Notes: a model not told the origin generated them from the letters alone. 30,359 bases of DNA from a virus (IMGVR_UViG_3300042387_000654:1-30359), one strand, 5' to 3'. Shown: positions 8,486-16,333, counted from the first letter of the stretch. Program-made: numbers and translations.

Positions 8486-8854
8486 ATGGCTACAGAAGGT
8501 ACAAAGTTTCAAGTCAACTACAAGTTGGCAGATGGAACACTAATTAATCTTTACGCAGCAAATGTTCAGGAACTAGAAACAGGTCTTAACGATCTAGGTA
8601 TGGTTTCAACTTTGATTAAGGCAACAGGTGCAGAGTTCACAGGTGGACAATCAGCACCAACAGTTGCAGCAGTAGCACAAGCTTTCAATGCAACCCCAGT
8701 AGCTGCACCTGAACCAACAGCTGGCGCTAATGTATGTAAGCACGGTGCAATGACACTACGTTCAGGCGTAGGACAAAAGGGTCCGTGGTCAGGCTATATG
8801 TGTGCAGCTCCAAAGGGTGCGCCAGATAAGTGCGACACCATTTGGGTTCGATAA
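8486..8854 (+). CDS. Hypothetical protein with Ala/Pro linker and C-terminal Zn finger
   Basis: 'CKHG...WSGYMC...KC'; RBS GGAGG; follows the exonuclease. Confidence 0.7.
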   Translation: MATEGTKFQVNYKLADGTLINLYAANVQELETGLNDLGMVSTLIKATGAEFTGGQSAPTVAAVAQAFNATPVAAPEPTAGANVCKHGAMTLRSGVGQKGPWSGYMCAAPKGAPDKCDTIWVR

Positions 8855-8857
8855 CTA

Positions 8858-9133
8858 ATGCGGGAGCCAAGTCAATACGAAGCTCCTAGTTGTGCAACAA
8901 TCGGAGGGGACTTTTGGTTTCCCGATAACGAATCTGGTATTCCTGGCGCATCCACAGTTGATGCTACCTTTGCAAAGAATATTTGCAATAGGTGTCCTCA
9001 TCGTAGAGAGTGCGCTGAATGGGGTATTAAGAACGAGGCTCACGGTATCTGGGGTGGTCTGACGATTAGAGATCGTCAACGCATCAGACGTGATCGAGGA
9101 ATCAAAATCTATCAGGAGGACGACGTTGCTTAA
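8858..9133 (+). CDS. whiB: WhiB-family Fe-S transcription regulator
   Basis: Four conserved Cys (C..'DFWFP'..CxxC-x5-C) and the 'GIWGG' turn followed by a basic tail. Confidence 0.95.
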   Translation: MREPSQYEAPSCATIGGDFWFPDNESGIPGASTVDATFAKNICNRCPHRRECAEWGIKNEAHGIWGGLTIRDRQRIRRDRGIKIYQEDDVA

Positions 9134-9974
9134 CCTTTCCCGTGCTTGGAGTGGTGTGCTTACCAAAGCAACACCGCTACCTGATGTGTGGAATGGGTTA
9201 GCAGTAGAAGGTATTAAGTTTCGCAGAGGCCAGGTATGTATGGTAGCTGCAGCACCTAATGCTGGTAAGTCTATGTTCGCTCTGATCTATGCAATCAAAG
9301 CCAAGGTTCCTACACTTTTCTTCTCCGCAGATACTGATACCACTACTGTAATGATGAGGTCTGTATCGCATCTATCTGGTCACTCACAAGTGACAGTTGA
9401 AGCAAACCTTTCTAATGATAGCAAGTACTACAATGCACACTTAGACAAACTTTCACACATCAAGTGGGTCTTTGATTCATCTCCAAACATTGATGATTTG
9501 GAGCTTGAGATCAGGGCCTACGTTGAACTCTATGGACAACCACCTGAGTTGATAGTCATTGATAACCTAATGAACATCACTGCTGAGACAGACAACGAAT
9601 GGGCAGGACTTAGAGCAATTATGATGGAGCTGCACGATATGGCACGCAAGACTGAGGCCTGTGTGATGGTGCTCCACCACGTATCAGAACAGTCAGAGTA
9701 TGGGTCACCTAGTAACCCACCTCATCGCAGAGCAATCCACGGAAAGGTCAGTCAGTTACCTGCACTGATACTTACATTGGGCTATGACCCAGGACAAGGA
9801 ATACTTAAGGTAGCACCGGTGAAGAATCGGTTTGGCGCACACACTGCTGATGGAAGCAAGTTTGCACAGCTACTGGTAAACTACGCAGCAGTACAGATAT
9901 CAGATCAAAATGAGTTCGGTTGGATGTTAAGAAAAGATACGATTGCAGGATACCAAGGAGGGTATAATGTCTGA
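9126..9974 (+). CDS. DnaB-like (SF4) helicase, RecA-fold domain only
   Basis: Walker A 'AAPNAGKS', Walker B 'IVIDNL', 'VLHH', 'VKNRFG'; TTG at 9126 behind AGGAGG. Confidence 0.85.
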   Translation: MLNLSRAWSGVLTKATPLPDVWNGLAVEGIKFRRGQVCMVAAAPNAGKSMFALIYAIKAKVPTLFFSADTDTTTVMMRSVSHLSGHSQVTVEANLSNDSKYYNAHLDKLSHIKWVFDSSPNIDDLELEIRAYVELYGQPPELIVIDNLMNITAETDNEWAGLRAIMMELHDMARKTEACVMVLHHVSEQSEYGSPSNPPHRRAIHGKVSQLPALILTLGYDPGQGILKVAPVKNRFGAHTADGSKFAQLLVNYAAVQISDQNEFGWMLRKDTIAGYQGGYNV

Positions 9975-10200
9975 ACAACAGTTATCAAATAAGTACCGAG
10001 ACAATCTCAAAGCAGATGCTTTGCGTGCAGAAGTTGATGCACTACGTGAAGATGTTAATTCCATCAAGGTAGACCTAACCAACTTCGTTGGTGCGCTGCT
10101 GCAATCTGGTGTTGTCGAGTTAGTCAAAGATGAAGAAGGCAACATCATCTATAAGATCAACAAGGTTGTACTGGTAGATGAGTCAGTACAACAAGACTAA
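9967..10200 (+). CDS. Hypothetical coiled-coil protein
   Basis: ATG at 9967 behind AGGAGG; in operon. Confidence 0.7.
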   Translation: MSEQQLSNKYRDNLKADALRAEVDALREDVNSIKVDLTNFVGALLQSGVVELVKDEEGNIIYKINKVVLVDESVQQD

Positions 10201-10528
10201 AGGTTCTCAGTTCGAGACAGATGTAATGAAATGGTTACGCAATAAAGGTGTAGCTGCAGAGCGTTTGTCTAAAGCTGGGGCAAAGGATGAGGGCGATATC
10301 GTAACTGTTATCGCGGGAGAAACCTATATCCTTGAACTCAAGAATAGGGCAACCCTATCGTTGCCTGAGTTCTGGAGAGAAGCACAAGTTGAGGCGCTTA
10401 ACTACGCAAAGGCTCGTGGTATCGGGGAAGTACCCTTGTCTTATGTAATAGTTAAGCGTCGCAACGCATCAATAGATCAGGCTTGGGTAATCCAAGACTT
10501 AACTCAATGGCTAAAGGAGAAACAGTAA
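10178..10528 (+). CDS. Holliday junction resolvase (Hjc-like PD-(D/E)xK)
   Basis: 'KGSQFE', 'AERL', 'DEGDI', 'ILELKN' motifs. Confidence 0.85.
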   Translation: MSQYNKTKGSQFETDVMKWLRNKGVAAERLSKAGAKDEGDIVTVIAGETYILELKNRATLSLPEFWREAQVEALNYAKARGIGEVPLSYVIVKRRNASIDQAWVIQDLTQWLKEKQ

Positions 10529-10708
10529 TGCCATTTGGTAAACTTGCTACACGAAAACAGTTACCTGTTAGGGAGATTGTTTATGTGCCTCATCAGTACG
10601 AGGATGTCTATTCAATGCTTGAAAGAAACATTATCAGTATCGAAGAAGCAAGAGAGTTACTACACATCAACGAACAACTAGATAATTTAAGGAGAAACAG
10701 TAATGCCA
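10514..10708 (+). repeat. 20-bp direct repeat (RBS plus start codon) flanking one small gene
   Basis: AAGGAGAAACAGTAATGCCA at 10514-10533 and 10689-10708. Confidence 0.9.
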
Positions 10709-10722
10709 GTACCAGAAGGTAA
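10528..10722 (+). CDS. Hypothetical protein
   Basis: ATG 10528 behind AAGGAG; 'MLERNIISIEEARELL'. Confidence 0.6.
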   Translation: MPFGKLATRKQLPVREIVYVPHQYEDVYSMLERNIISIEEARELLHINEQLDNLRRNSNASTRR

Positions 10723-10813
10723 CATCACAACATCAGAGATACTTGTACCAGAAGTTGTACCAGTAGAGGAAGTAACAGAAGAAGCTGAAGATGATTTGCC
10801 AGAACTGTCATAA
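10703..10813 (+). CDS. 36-aa acidic micro-protein
   Basis: MPVPEGNITTSEILVPEVVPVEEVTEEAEDDLPELS behind AAGGAG. Confidence 0.6.
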   Translation: MPVPEGNITTSEILVPEVVPVEEVTEEAEDDLPELS

Positions 10814-10970
10814 AGGCGGAGAAGAAAATAGCCTTGCCCACTACAAGCGTTCATCTCATTGGCACGATAAGTGTGACGATAAGGGGTGTGTATGCCAGCA
10901 CAAGACTGGTCCAGGGTACGTAAAGCGGGACGGTTCAAAGGTGCCGTTGATGCAAACTCAATCCCCATAG
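10791..10970 (+). CDS. 59-aa Cys/His-rich protein
   Basis: MICQNCHKGG...HWHDKCDDKGCVCQH; below the ORF-track size cutoff; overlaps both neighbours. Confidence 0.6.
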   Translation: MICQNCHKGGEENSLAHYKRSSHWHDKCDDKGCVCQHKTGPGYVKRDGSKVPLMQTQSP

Positions 10971-11269
10971 GAGCAATTGTTTCGCACTATGGAGGTGAAG
11001 TACGTGAAGGCAAGAGTGCTTCGGTTCGTTGCTGTTTACATAGTGACAGTAGACGTTCAGCAGTTATCAATACTTATGACAATTTATATTTCTGCCATAC
11101 CTGCGGTAAGGGTGGCAATGCAGCTAACCTAGTGTGCATACTAGAGAACTTGGAGTTTAACGATGGCCTCAAACGTGCAGTCGAAATTGCTGCTGGAAGC
11201 GGCGCAACAATACGCACAGGCAATAAGTCCAGAAGCTCTAGCCGTACTAGAAGGACGTGGGATCTCTGA
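10892..11269 (+). CDS. DNA primase zinc-binding (CHC2) domain protein
   Basis: 'CCLHSDSRRSA...YFCHTCGKGGN'. Confidence 0.85.
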   Translation: MPAQDWSRVRKAGRFKGAVDANSIPIGAIVSHYGGEVREGKSASVRCCLHSDSRRSAVINTYDNLYFCHTCGKGGNAANLVCILENLEFNDGLKRAVEIAAGSGATIRTGNKSRSSSRTRRTWDL

Positions 11270-11813
11270 AGAAACAGCTGGACTGTTTCAGTTAGGAACT
11301 ATTACTAACCCAATCAATGGTCACGAAATGTATGAAGGGTGGCTATCTATCCCATACATCACAGCATCTGGTGGTTGTGTTGGCTTTAAGTTTCGCAGGC
11401 TAGACGATGCCAAGCCTAAGTATGGTTCACCTACTGGGCAAAAGGCACACCTGTATAACGTATGTGACATCACTGTTGATTCACCTTACATCGTTGTATG
11501 TGAAGGTGAACTAGATGCGATAGTTACTAGCGGTGAGCTTGGTATACCTGCCGTGGGTGTACCTGGTGTAGCTGCTTGGAAGCCACACTTTCCAAAGCTA
11601 TTTGCGGGGTACGAAACTATCTATGTTGTTGGTGACAATGATGTTAAAGAGGATGGGTCTAACCCTGGTGCAGAGTTTGCTAAACGTGTGGCTAACGAGG
11701 TAATGAACTCACAGATTGTTACACTACCACCAGGTATGGACATCAATGATTACTACTTGGCTAATGGAATTGATGCTACGAGAAAGTTACTGATAGGGGA
11801 GTCAAATGTATGA
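11163..11813 (+). CDS. DNA primase catalytic (TOPRIM) domain protein
   Basis: 'LSIPY', 'KFRRL', 'PKYGSP', 'CEGELD', 'GDND', 'DIND'. Confidence 0.9.
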   Translation: MASNVQSKLLLEAAQQYAQAISPEALAVLEGRGISEETAGLFQLGTITNPINGHEMYEGWLSIPYITASGGCVGFKFRRLDDAKPKYGSPTGQKAHLYNVCDITVDSPYIVVCEGELDAIVTSGELGIPAVGVPGVAAWKPHFPKLFAGYETIYVVGDNDVKEDGSNPGAEFAKRVANEVMNSQIVTLPPGMDINDYYLANGIDATRKLLIGESNV

Positions 11814-12222
11814 CGATGACAAGAAGCGAGTGGGACACGATGCTACAGACTTTGCAGCATATGGGCTTCCAGATCCTTTTAGTGGATATGCAAAGCGAGA
11901 CGATAACAATACGTCCGATACCGACTCGATAGACTTTGACCACGTTAAGTTTGTTACTGATATGTGGGAAGTCTTAGATGGCGCAGGTAACCTGCTCATC
12001 AAGAAGCACAAAGACTACGGCCCAACCAATATCAGCCTATCTCCAGGTGGACCGCTCAATGGTTTGCGTGTGCGTATGCACGACAAGACTGCACGCATCA
12101 ACCACTTGATTGATAGCGGTGCAACACCAGAGAACGAGTCACTACGAGATAGCTTCATTGATCTACTGAACTACAGTGCTATCGCACTGATGGTCTTAGA
12201 TGGTAAGTGGCCTCGTGACTGA
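11806..12222 (+). CDS. Nucleotide-modification-associated domain 1 (Nmad1/DUF1599-like, MazG-related helical fold)
   Basis: 'KKHKDYG...VRMHDKTARINHL...ESLRDSFIDLLNYS'. Confidence 0.75.
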   Translation: MYDDDKKRVGHDATDFAAYGLPDPFSGYAKRDDNNTSDTDSIDFDHVKFVTDMWEVLDGAGNLLIKKHKDYGPTNISLSPGGPLNGLRVRMHDKTARINHLIDSGATPENESLRDSFIDLLNYSAIALMVLDGKWPRD

Positions 12223-12847
12223 GCTGCACCCAGTAATCTATGACCTAGTGCCTAGCGTCGCTAACACTATCCATCGTAGGTATAAAGCTTACGTAGAAAA
12301 GGATGATGTAAAGCAGGAACTGATTGCTTGGTCTATGACTAGGGCAGAAGATCACATCATTGATCTAATGGAACCTGTTGAGGAAAGACGTAAGCACAAC
12401 GAGCAACGCATTGCCTGGCAGATGAGACGTGTAGCAGAGCGATACGCACGTAAAGAGAAAGCTGCTAAGTCTGGCTATCAGACTAATGATGAAGCCTACT
12501 ACGAGTCAGCTACGCTTGGTCAGTTGCTACCCTTTGTTATTGCATCAGTCATAGATGGCACAGTATTAGAGCAGGCACAAGAGATGATTAGAGATGGGCA
12601 ACCTAAAGGTTCATCATCTCCAGCAGAAGGTGGCAACCTACTTGCTAACCTAATAGACATCAAGAATGGCTTTCTTAAACTAGACCAAGAGGACCAGGCT
12701 ATCTTGCGTATGCGCCATCACGAGAGCTTTACCCTGCAACAGATAGCACAGGTATTAGAGTGTGCTATCTCTACTGCAGATCGCAGGTGTGCTCAATCAT
12801 TGCGTAGACTGCAAGATAATTTAGGCGGGGTTAGCCCCTGGCAATGA
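12215..12847 (+). CDS. Phage sigma-70-like factor
   Basis: Region-2-like 'DDVKQEL' and region-4 HTH 'LDQEDQAILRMRHHESFTLQQIAQVLECAISTADRR...LRRL'. Confidence 0.75.
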   Translation: MTELHPVIYDLVPSVANTIHRRYKAYVEKDDVKQELIAWSMTRAEDHIIDLMEPVEERRKHNEQRIAWQMRRVAERYARKEKAAKSGYQTNDEAYYESATLGQLLPFVIASVIDGTVLEQAQEMIRDGQPKGSSSPAEGGNLLANLIDIKNGFLKLDQEDQAILRMRHHESFTLQQIAQVLECAISTADRRCAQSLRRLQDNLGGVSPWQ

Positions 12848-13584
12848 ACAGTATCTACAATGAAAACTGTTTGGACACTATGAAAGGTATGCAAGATAAC
12901 TTCATAGACCTAACAGTTACATCTCCACCTTATGATGGCCTAAGAGTGTATAACGGATACTCATTTAACTTTGATTCAGTTGCTTCTGAATTGTACAGAG
13001 TAACCAAGCAGGGTGGTGTAGTTGTATGGATAATAGGTGACTCTACAACTAAGGGTAGTGAGTCTGGTACATCTTTCCGCCAAGCTTTAGGATTCAAAGA
13101 AGCAGGGTTTAATCTGCACGATACTATGATTTGGCGTAAGAGTAACCCTATGCCAAAGTTTAGAAGCAAGCGTTACTTTGATGTCTTTGAGTATATGTTT
13201 GTACTGTCCAAAGGACAACCTAAAACCTTTAACCCTTTGATGCAATCTAATAAAAGAGCCGGTGAACTTTATGATTACACTGCCAAAGTAAAAACTAAGG
13301 GCAAGGTTAGAACCAAGAAAACATTTAACATCAATGATGAGCGATACAAAGATAACATCTGGGAGTGTGCTGTTGCTAAGAACGATACTGACCATCCAGC
13401 TGTGTTCCCTGAGTCTTTAATTGCAGACCACATAAAATCTTGGAGCAATGAAGGTGACATAGTTTACGATCCATTTATTGGGTCAGGCACAACAGCTTTG
13501 GCGGCACGTTCGCTTGGTCGTGCCTACATAGGTAGTGAAATAAGCCAGGAGTATTGTCAGATTGCAGAGAGTAGATTATCTTGA
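12844..13584 (+). CDS. DNA amino-methyltransferase, beta class (N4-C or N6-A; SPPY favours m4C)
   Basis: Motif IV 'TSPPY' near the N-terminus, 'HPAVFP', motif I 'DPFIGSGTT' near the C-terminus. Confidence 0.9.
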   Translation: MNSIYNENCLDTMKGMQDNFIDLTVTSPPYDGLRVYNGYSFNFDSVASELYRVTKQGGVVVWIIGDSTTKGSESGTSFRQALGFKEAGFNLHDTMIWRKSNPMPKFRSKRYFDVFEYMFVLSKGQPKTFNPLMQSNKRAGELYDYTAKVKTKGKVRTKKTFNINDERYKDNIWECAVAKNDTDHPAVFPESLIADHIKSWSNEGDIVYDPFIGSGTTALAARSLGRAYIGSEISQEYCQIAESRLS

Positions 13585-13964
13585 ACGAAGAGTTATTGTT
13601 TACCTTTTTGCGTGAGAGTTTGTATCCTGATCTAGTAAAGAGTGAAGGCATCTTCGATGCCTATGACTGTATCTCCAAGCAAGCAGGACACTACATAGAG
13701 TTAAAGTGTAGAGCTGCACACTACAACACCTTGCTGATTGAAGAGATGAAGTATCGCAAGCTCATTACCCAAGCTGCAGAGCGTGAACTTATTCCTTACT
13801 ACATCAACTCCACTCCGCAGGGTATCTTCTCATTTGATCTGATGGATTTACCAGAACCAGTGTGGTTTAACCACCAGATGCCTGCGACTACAGAGTTTGA
13901 TCGCGTCGAGAAGGTTGAGAAGCTAGTAGGATACCTACCAATAGAGGAAGCGGTACAGTTATGA
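13581..13964 (+). CDS. Small PD-(D/E)xK-like nuclease-fold protein
   Basis: 'FDAYDC...YIELKCR' motif. Confidence 0.65.
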   Translation: MNEELLFTFLRESLYPDLVKSEGIFDAYDCISKQAGHYIELKCRAAHYNTLLIEEMKYRKLITQAAERELIPYYINSTPQGIFSFDLMDLPEPVWFNHQMPATTEFDRVEKVEKLVGYLPIEEAVQL

Positions 13965-14050
13965 CATATGAAAAAGCCATTGAACAGTTTGAGATAGATC
14001 GTAAGTTCACTGAGATTATTCTTTACAGTTATGTTTGTTGGAAAGAATAA
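13961..14050 (+). CDS. 29-aa micro-ORF
   Basis: MTYEKAIEQFEIDRKFTEIILYSYVCWKE; ATGA overlap upstream and abuts the next ATG. Confidence 0.45.
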   Translation: MTYEKAIEQFEIDRKFTEIILYSYVCWKE

Positions 14051-14224
14051 ATGCAATACGACTACCGCTGCCCTGATTGTAATGCAGTGCTAACCATTGA
14101 ACGCAGTATCCACGAAGAACCACGCGACCCTTCTTGCTTTGATTGCCACATAACTATGGTGCGTAAATGGGACTCACCTGGTGTCACCTTCAAGGGTAAA
14201 GGGTTTTACTCTACTGGCGGATAG
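14051..14224 (+). CDS. FmdB-family Zn-ribbon protein
   Basis: MQYDYRCPDC...PSCFDC...MVRKWDSPGVTFKGKGFYSTGG matches the FmdB pattern. Confidence 0.85.
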   Translation: MQYDYRCPDCNAVLTIERSIHEEPRDPSCFDCHITMVRKWDSPGVTFKGKGFYSTGG

Positions 14225-14268
14225 TGTATACTTTAGATCTTGGTAGGCGACCGCCTATTGAGTGCTAG

Positions 14269-14308
14269 CAAAAAGCCCCCGTCAGTTACGGCGAGGGCTT
14301 TTTGTTTT
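14269..14308. terminator. Bidirectional intrinsic terminator between convergent operons
   Basis: CAAAAAGCCC...GGGCTTTTTG inverted repeat with A-tract and T-tract on either side. Confidence 0.85.
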
Positions 14309-14309
14309 G

Positions 14310-14396
14310 TTAAATGCTAGCTTCTAAACATTCTAAGCATTTGGTTTGACCTTCCGCGACGGTGTCATTGCCACACTCTTCGCAGATCTCTTCCAA
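14310..14396 (-). CDS. 28-aa CxxC-CxxC micro-protein
   Basis: TTG start behind AAGGTG; MEEICEECGNDTVAEGQTKCLECLEASI. Confidence 0.5.
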   Translation of the reverse strand: MEEICEECGNDTVAEGQTKCLECLEASI

Positions 14397-14405
14397 TGTG
14401 TCACC

Positions 14406-15167
14406 TTAATCAGCAGCTTGGATACCTTCCACTATCCACTCTACTACTGGTACTGCAATAGCGTTGCCCACTTGGCGATAGCGTGTCGAGTCAGATGATT
14501 GCTCCGTCCAGTTGTCAGGAAAACCCTGCAACCTCTCACACTCAACAGGCGTTAGCCTGCGTATTGGTTCTTTCTTGTTGACTACATAAGGCACTCTTGC
14601 CCCACCAGTTCCCCAGTAAGTAGCCACAGTTGGTGAGTACTTATCGTAGAAGCGTGTGTCACTTACCCTTGTAGCCTCAAACAACAGGGTGCGATCTGAT
14701 ACATCTTCCTCTTGCGTTTTGTGGGCAACCACATTTTCGAAAGCTTGACGCAGTTTCTCCGGTAATGATGGGCTTCTACGAAGTACTCCCTCTGCAGCTT
14801 TTGCTGTTAAATAATATTTCTGCTGGTTCGGTTGAGTCTTCACCACGCTTTCCAACAATGAATACTCGGCGCCTTCGCTGGGGTATTCCGAAGTGTTGAG
14901 CATCAAGCACACGCCAGCTGAGAGAATACCCGAGGTCGGCCATAGTCCCGATGACGACTCCAAAATCTCTTCCTTTGTTACTGGATAGCAAACCAGGGAC
15001 GTTTTCGATGATGAAGTATTCTGTTTGCGTTTCTTCCACAAGTCTTGCAATCTCCCAGAATAACCCGCTTCTTTCCCCAACAAGGCCAGCCCTCTTGCCA
15101 GCAACGCTGAGGTCTTGGCAGGGAAATCCTCCCGTAATAATTCCTCTGCTTGGATTAAATCCTTCAT
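14406..15167 (-). CDS. C5-cytosine DNA methyltransferase, C-terminal part (motifs IX-X), with N-terminus overprinted on the upstream part
   Basis: 'RRLTPVECERLQGFPDNWT' and 'RYRQVGNAIAVPVVEWI'; frame is open for 392 nt inside the partner ORF. Confidence 0.8.
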   Translation of the reverse strand: MKDLIQAEELLREDFPAKTSALLARGLALLGKEAGYSGRLQDLWKKRKQNTSSSKTSLVCYPVTKEEILESSSGLWPTSGILSAGVCLMLNTSEYPSEGAEYSLLESVVKTQPNQQKYYLTAKAAEGVLRRSPSLPEKLRQAFENVVAHKTQEEDVSDRTLLFEATRVSDTRFYDKYSPTVATYWGTGGARVPYVVNKKEPIRRLTPVECERLQGFPDNWTEQSSDSTRYRQVGNAIAVPVVEWIVEGIQAAD

Positions 15168-15351
15168 CTATTAGATCCTTTCCCGTTACTGTAGTTACAT
15201 CTGTAAATTGTTTTGCGTCAGGAAAATGTTGTGCCAGTACATCTCTGCACTTGGCATCTATCTCCACATTGGCAACGACCTTTACGCCTTGGCGTTTCAT
15301 AGCAAGATCAAAGCCTCCAATACCAGCAAAGAGGCTAACTCCCGTTAGCAT
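14776..15351 (-). CDS. C5-cytosine DNA methyltransferase, N-terminal part (motifs I-VIII)
   Basis: 'LFAGIGG' (I), 'GGFPCQDLS' (IV), 'ENV' (VI), 'PQRRRRVF' (VIII). Confidence 0.9.
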   Translation of the reverse strand: MLTGVSLFAGIGGFDLAMKRQGVKVVANVEIDAKCRDVLAQHFPDAKQFTDVTTVTGKDLIDEGFNPSRGIITGGFPCQDLSVAGKRAGLVGERSGLFWEIARLVEETQTEYFIIENVPGLLSSNKGRDFGVVIGTMADLGYSLSWRVLDAQHFGIPQRRRRVFIVGKRGEDSTEPAEILFNSKSCRGSTS

Positions 15352-15785
15352 CAGTACCAGCCTCTGCGATCTGAATGTCGGAGAGAGCTGCAGAAACTGC
15401 CTCCATAGCGGTGTTCAACGTATCGTATAGCGTGAAGGATTTGAAGTTCAGGTTGTCCACTACGCTCTCTAAGGAGTTGAGCAATTCCGAAAGCTGAGCT
15501 AATTGGTTTGCCCGAAGAGTCTCTTGGGCGAGCAAGGTGGTCGAAGCGGGATTCACGGGTCCAAAGTGTGACCGCACACTCTCTCTGTTGTGCGTTGTAT
15601 CCGAGTGCTCTGAGGAAACTAACTGCAAGTGCCTTGTTCTCACGCTTCTCCTCCATTGTTGCTTTCGTTCTCTCTGTCATAATCGGTACGTCCTGCGACA
15701 TCTGGGACGGCGTTCGCCCTTGTACGTGTACTAATACTAAGCTTGCCGTCACCAACAAGACTCCAAATAGTGCCTTCTTGTTCAT
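15351..15785 (-). CDS. Lytic transglycosylase (SLT/lysozyme-like) with N-terminal signal or anchor
   Basis: 'LWTRESRF' catalytic Glu, 'SSAFGIAQ', 'YVEHRYG', C-terminal 'GWY'; hydrophobic N-terminus. Confidence 0.8.
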   Translation of the reverse strand: MNKKALFGVLLVTASLVLVHVQGRTPSQMSQDVPIMTERTKATMEEKRENKALAVSFLRALGYNAQQRECAVTLWTRESRFDHLARPRDSSGKPISSAFGIAQLLRERSGQPELQILHAIRYVEHRYGGSFCSSLRHSDRRGWY

Positions 15786-15918
15786 CTAGTTCTTTCTCCT
15801 CCGCTAGTAAATCTCTATACAGGTTTGGGTAAAGGTGAGACAGGCGCACTAGCGCACGATCTCTTGCCCTTCTATAGTTTCTATAGTGGATAGATTGCTT
15901 TCCACTTACTTGTTTCAT
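15640..15918 (-). CDS. Hypothetical basic protein
   Basis: 'YRNYRRARDRALVRLSHLYP'; coupled to the upstream gene by ATGA overlap. Confidence 0.6.
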   Translation of the reverse strand: MKQVSGKQSIHYRNYRRARDRALVRLSHLYPNLYRDLLAEEKELDEQEGTIWSLVGDGKLSISTRTRANAVPDVAGRTDYDRENESNNGGEA

Positions 15919-16166
15919 CTTCCTACCTCTCTTGCAACGTTGATTAAATCTGTTACATCAATTGTTTGCCCTACTAAATGAGCGTCTTCCTCATCACTAT
16001 CCCACGCACTAATCAATAGGCGTGAGCCTTTCGGTGCTAGGAATAGCCAGCGCATAGCATCTATGCAGCTAGCCCCTCCCCAAGTGTTGCCGCCGTCGGG
16101 TTCAACTACCTCATAGAACAGGATTAGATCAGACTTAGGCGGGTGCAAGGTATAAATGTTATTCAT
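15915..16166 (-). CDS. Hypothetical protein
   Basis: 83-aa ORF with GAGG RBS, coupled to neighbours. Confidence 0.7.
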   Translation of the reverse strand: MNNIYTLHPPKSDLILFYEVVEPDGGNTWGGASCIDAMRWLFLAPKGSRLLISAWDSDEEDAHLVGQTIDVTDLINVAREVGR

Positions 16167-16320
16167 TCTCGCCCTCGTCCTCTAGTCCGAACAGGCGAGC
16201 CATAGCAGAGTTCGCCCTCTGTAGGTTCTTGATGGCGTTGTCTATATTTTCCTCTTGTAAATCTTTCCCAGCTTGGTCTAAGCATAGGTTCAATTTAGCC
16301 TCTAAGTATTCTTTATTCAT
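16159..16320 (-). CDS. 53-aa hypothetical protein
   Basis: MNKEYLEAKLNLCLDQAGK...; RBS GAGGGAGAAG. Confidence 0.65.
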   Translation of the reverse strand: MNKEYLEAKLNLCLDQAGKDLQEENIDNAIKNLQRANSAMARLFGLEDEGENE

Positions 16321-16333
16321 TGTCTTCTCCCTC

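Noticed and set aside
14776-15167. C5 MTase as a pseudogene or sequencing frameshift
   Set aside because: Both parts keep intact motifs and the second frame is open ~130 codons upstream of the break, which a single random indel would not explain. It is not fully excluded without reads.
14951-15430. 159-aa plus-strand ORF
   Set aside because: Antisense shadow of the MTase with no RBS or motif and a Ser/Pro-rich composition.
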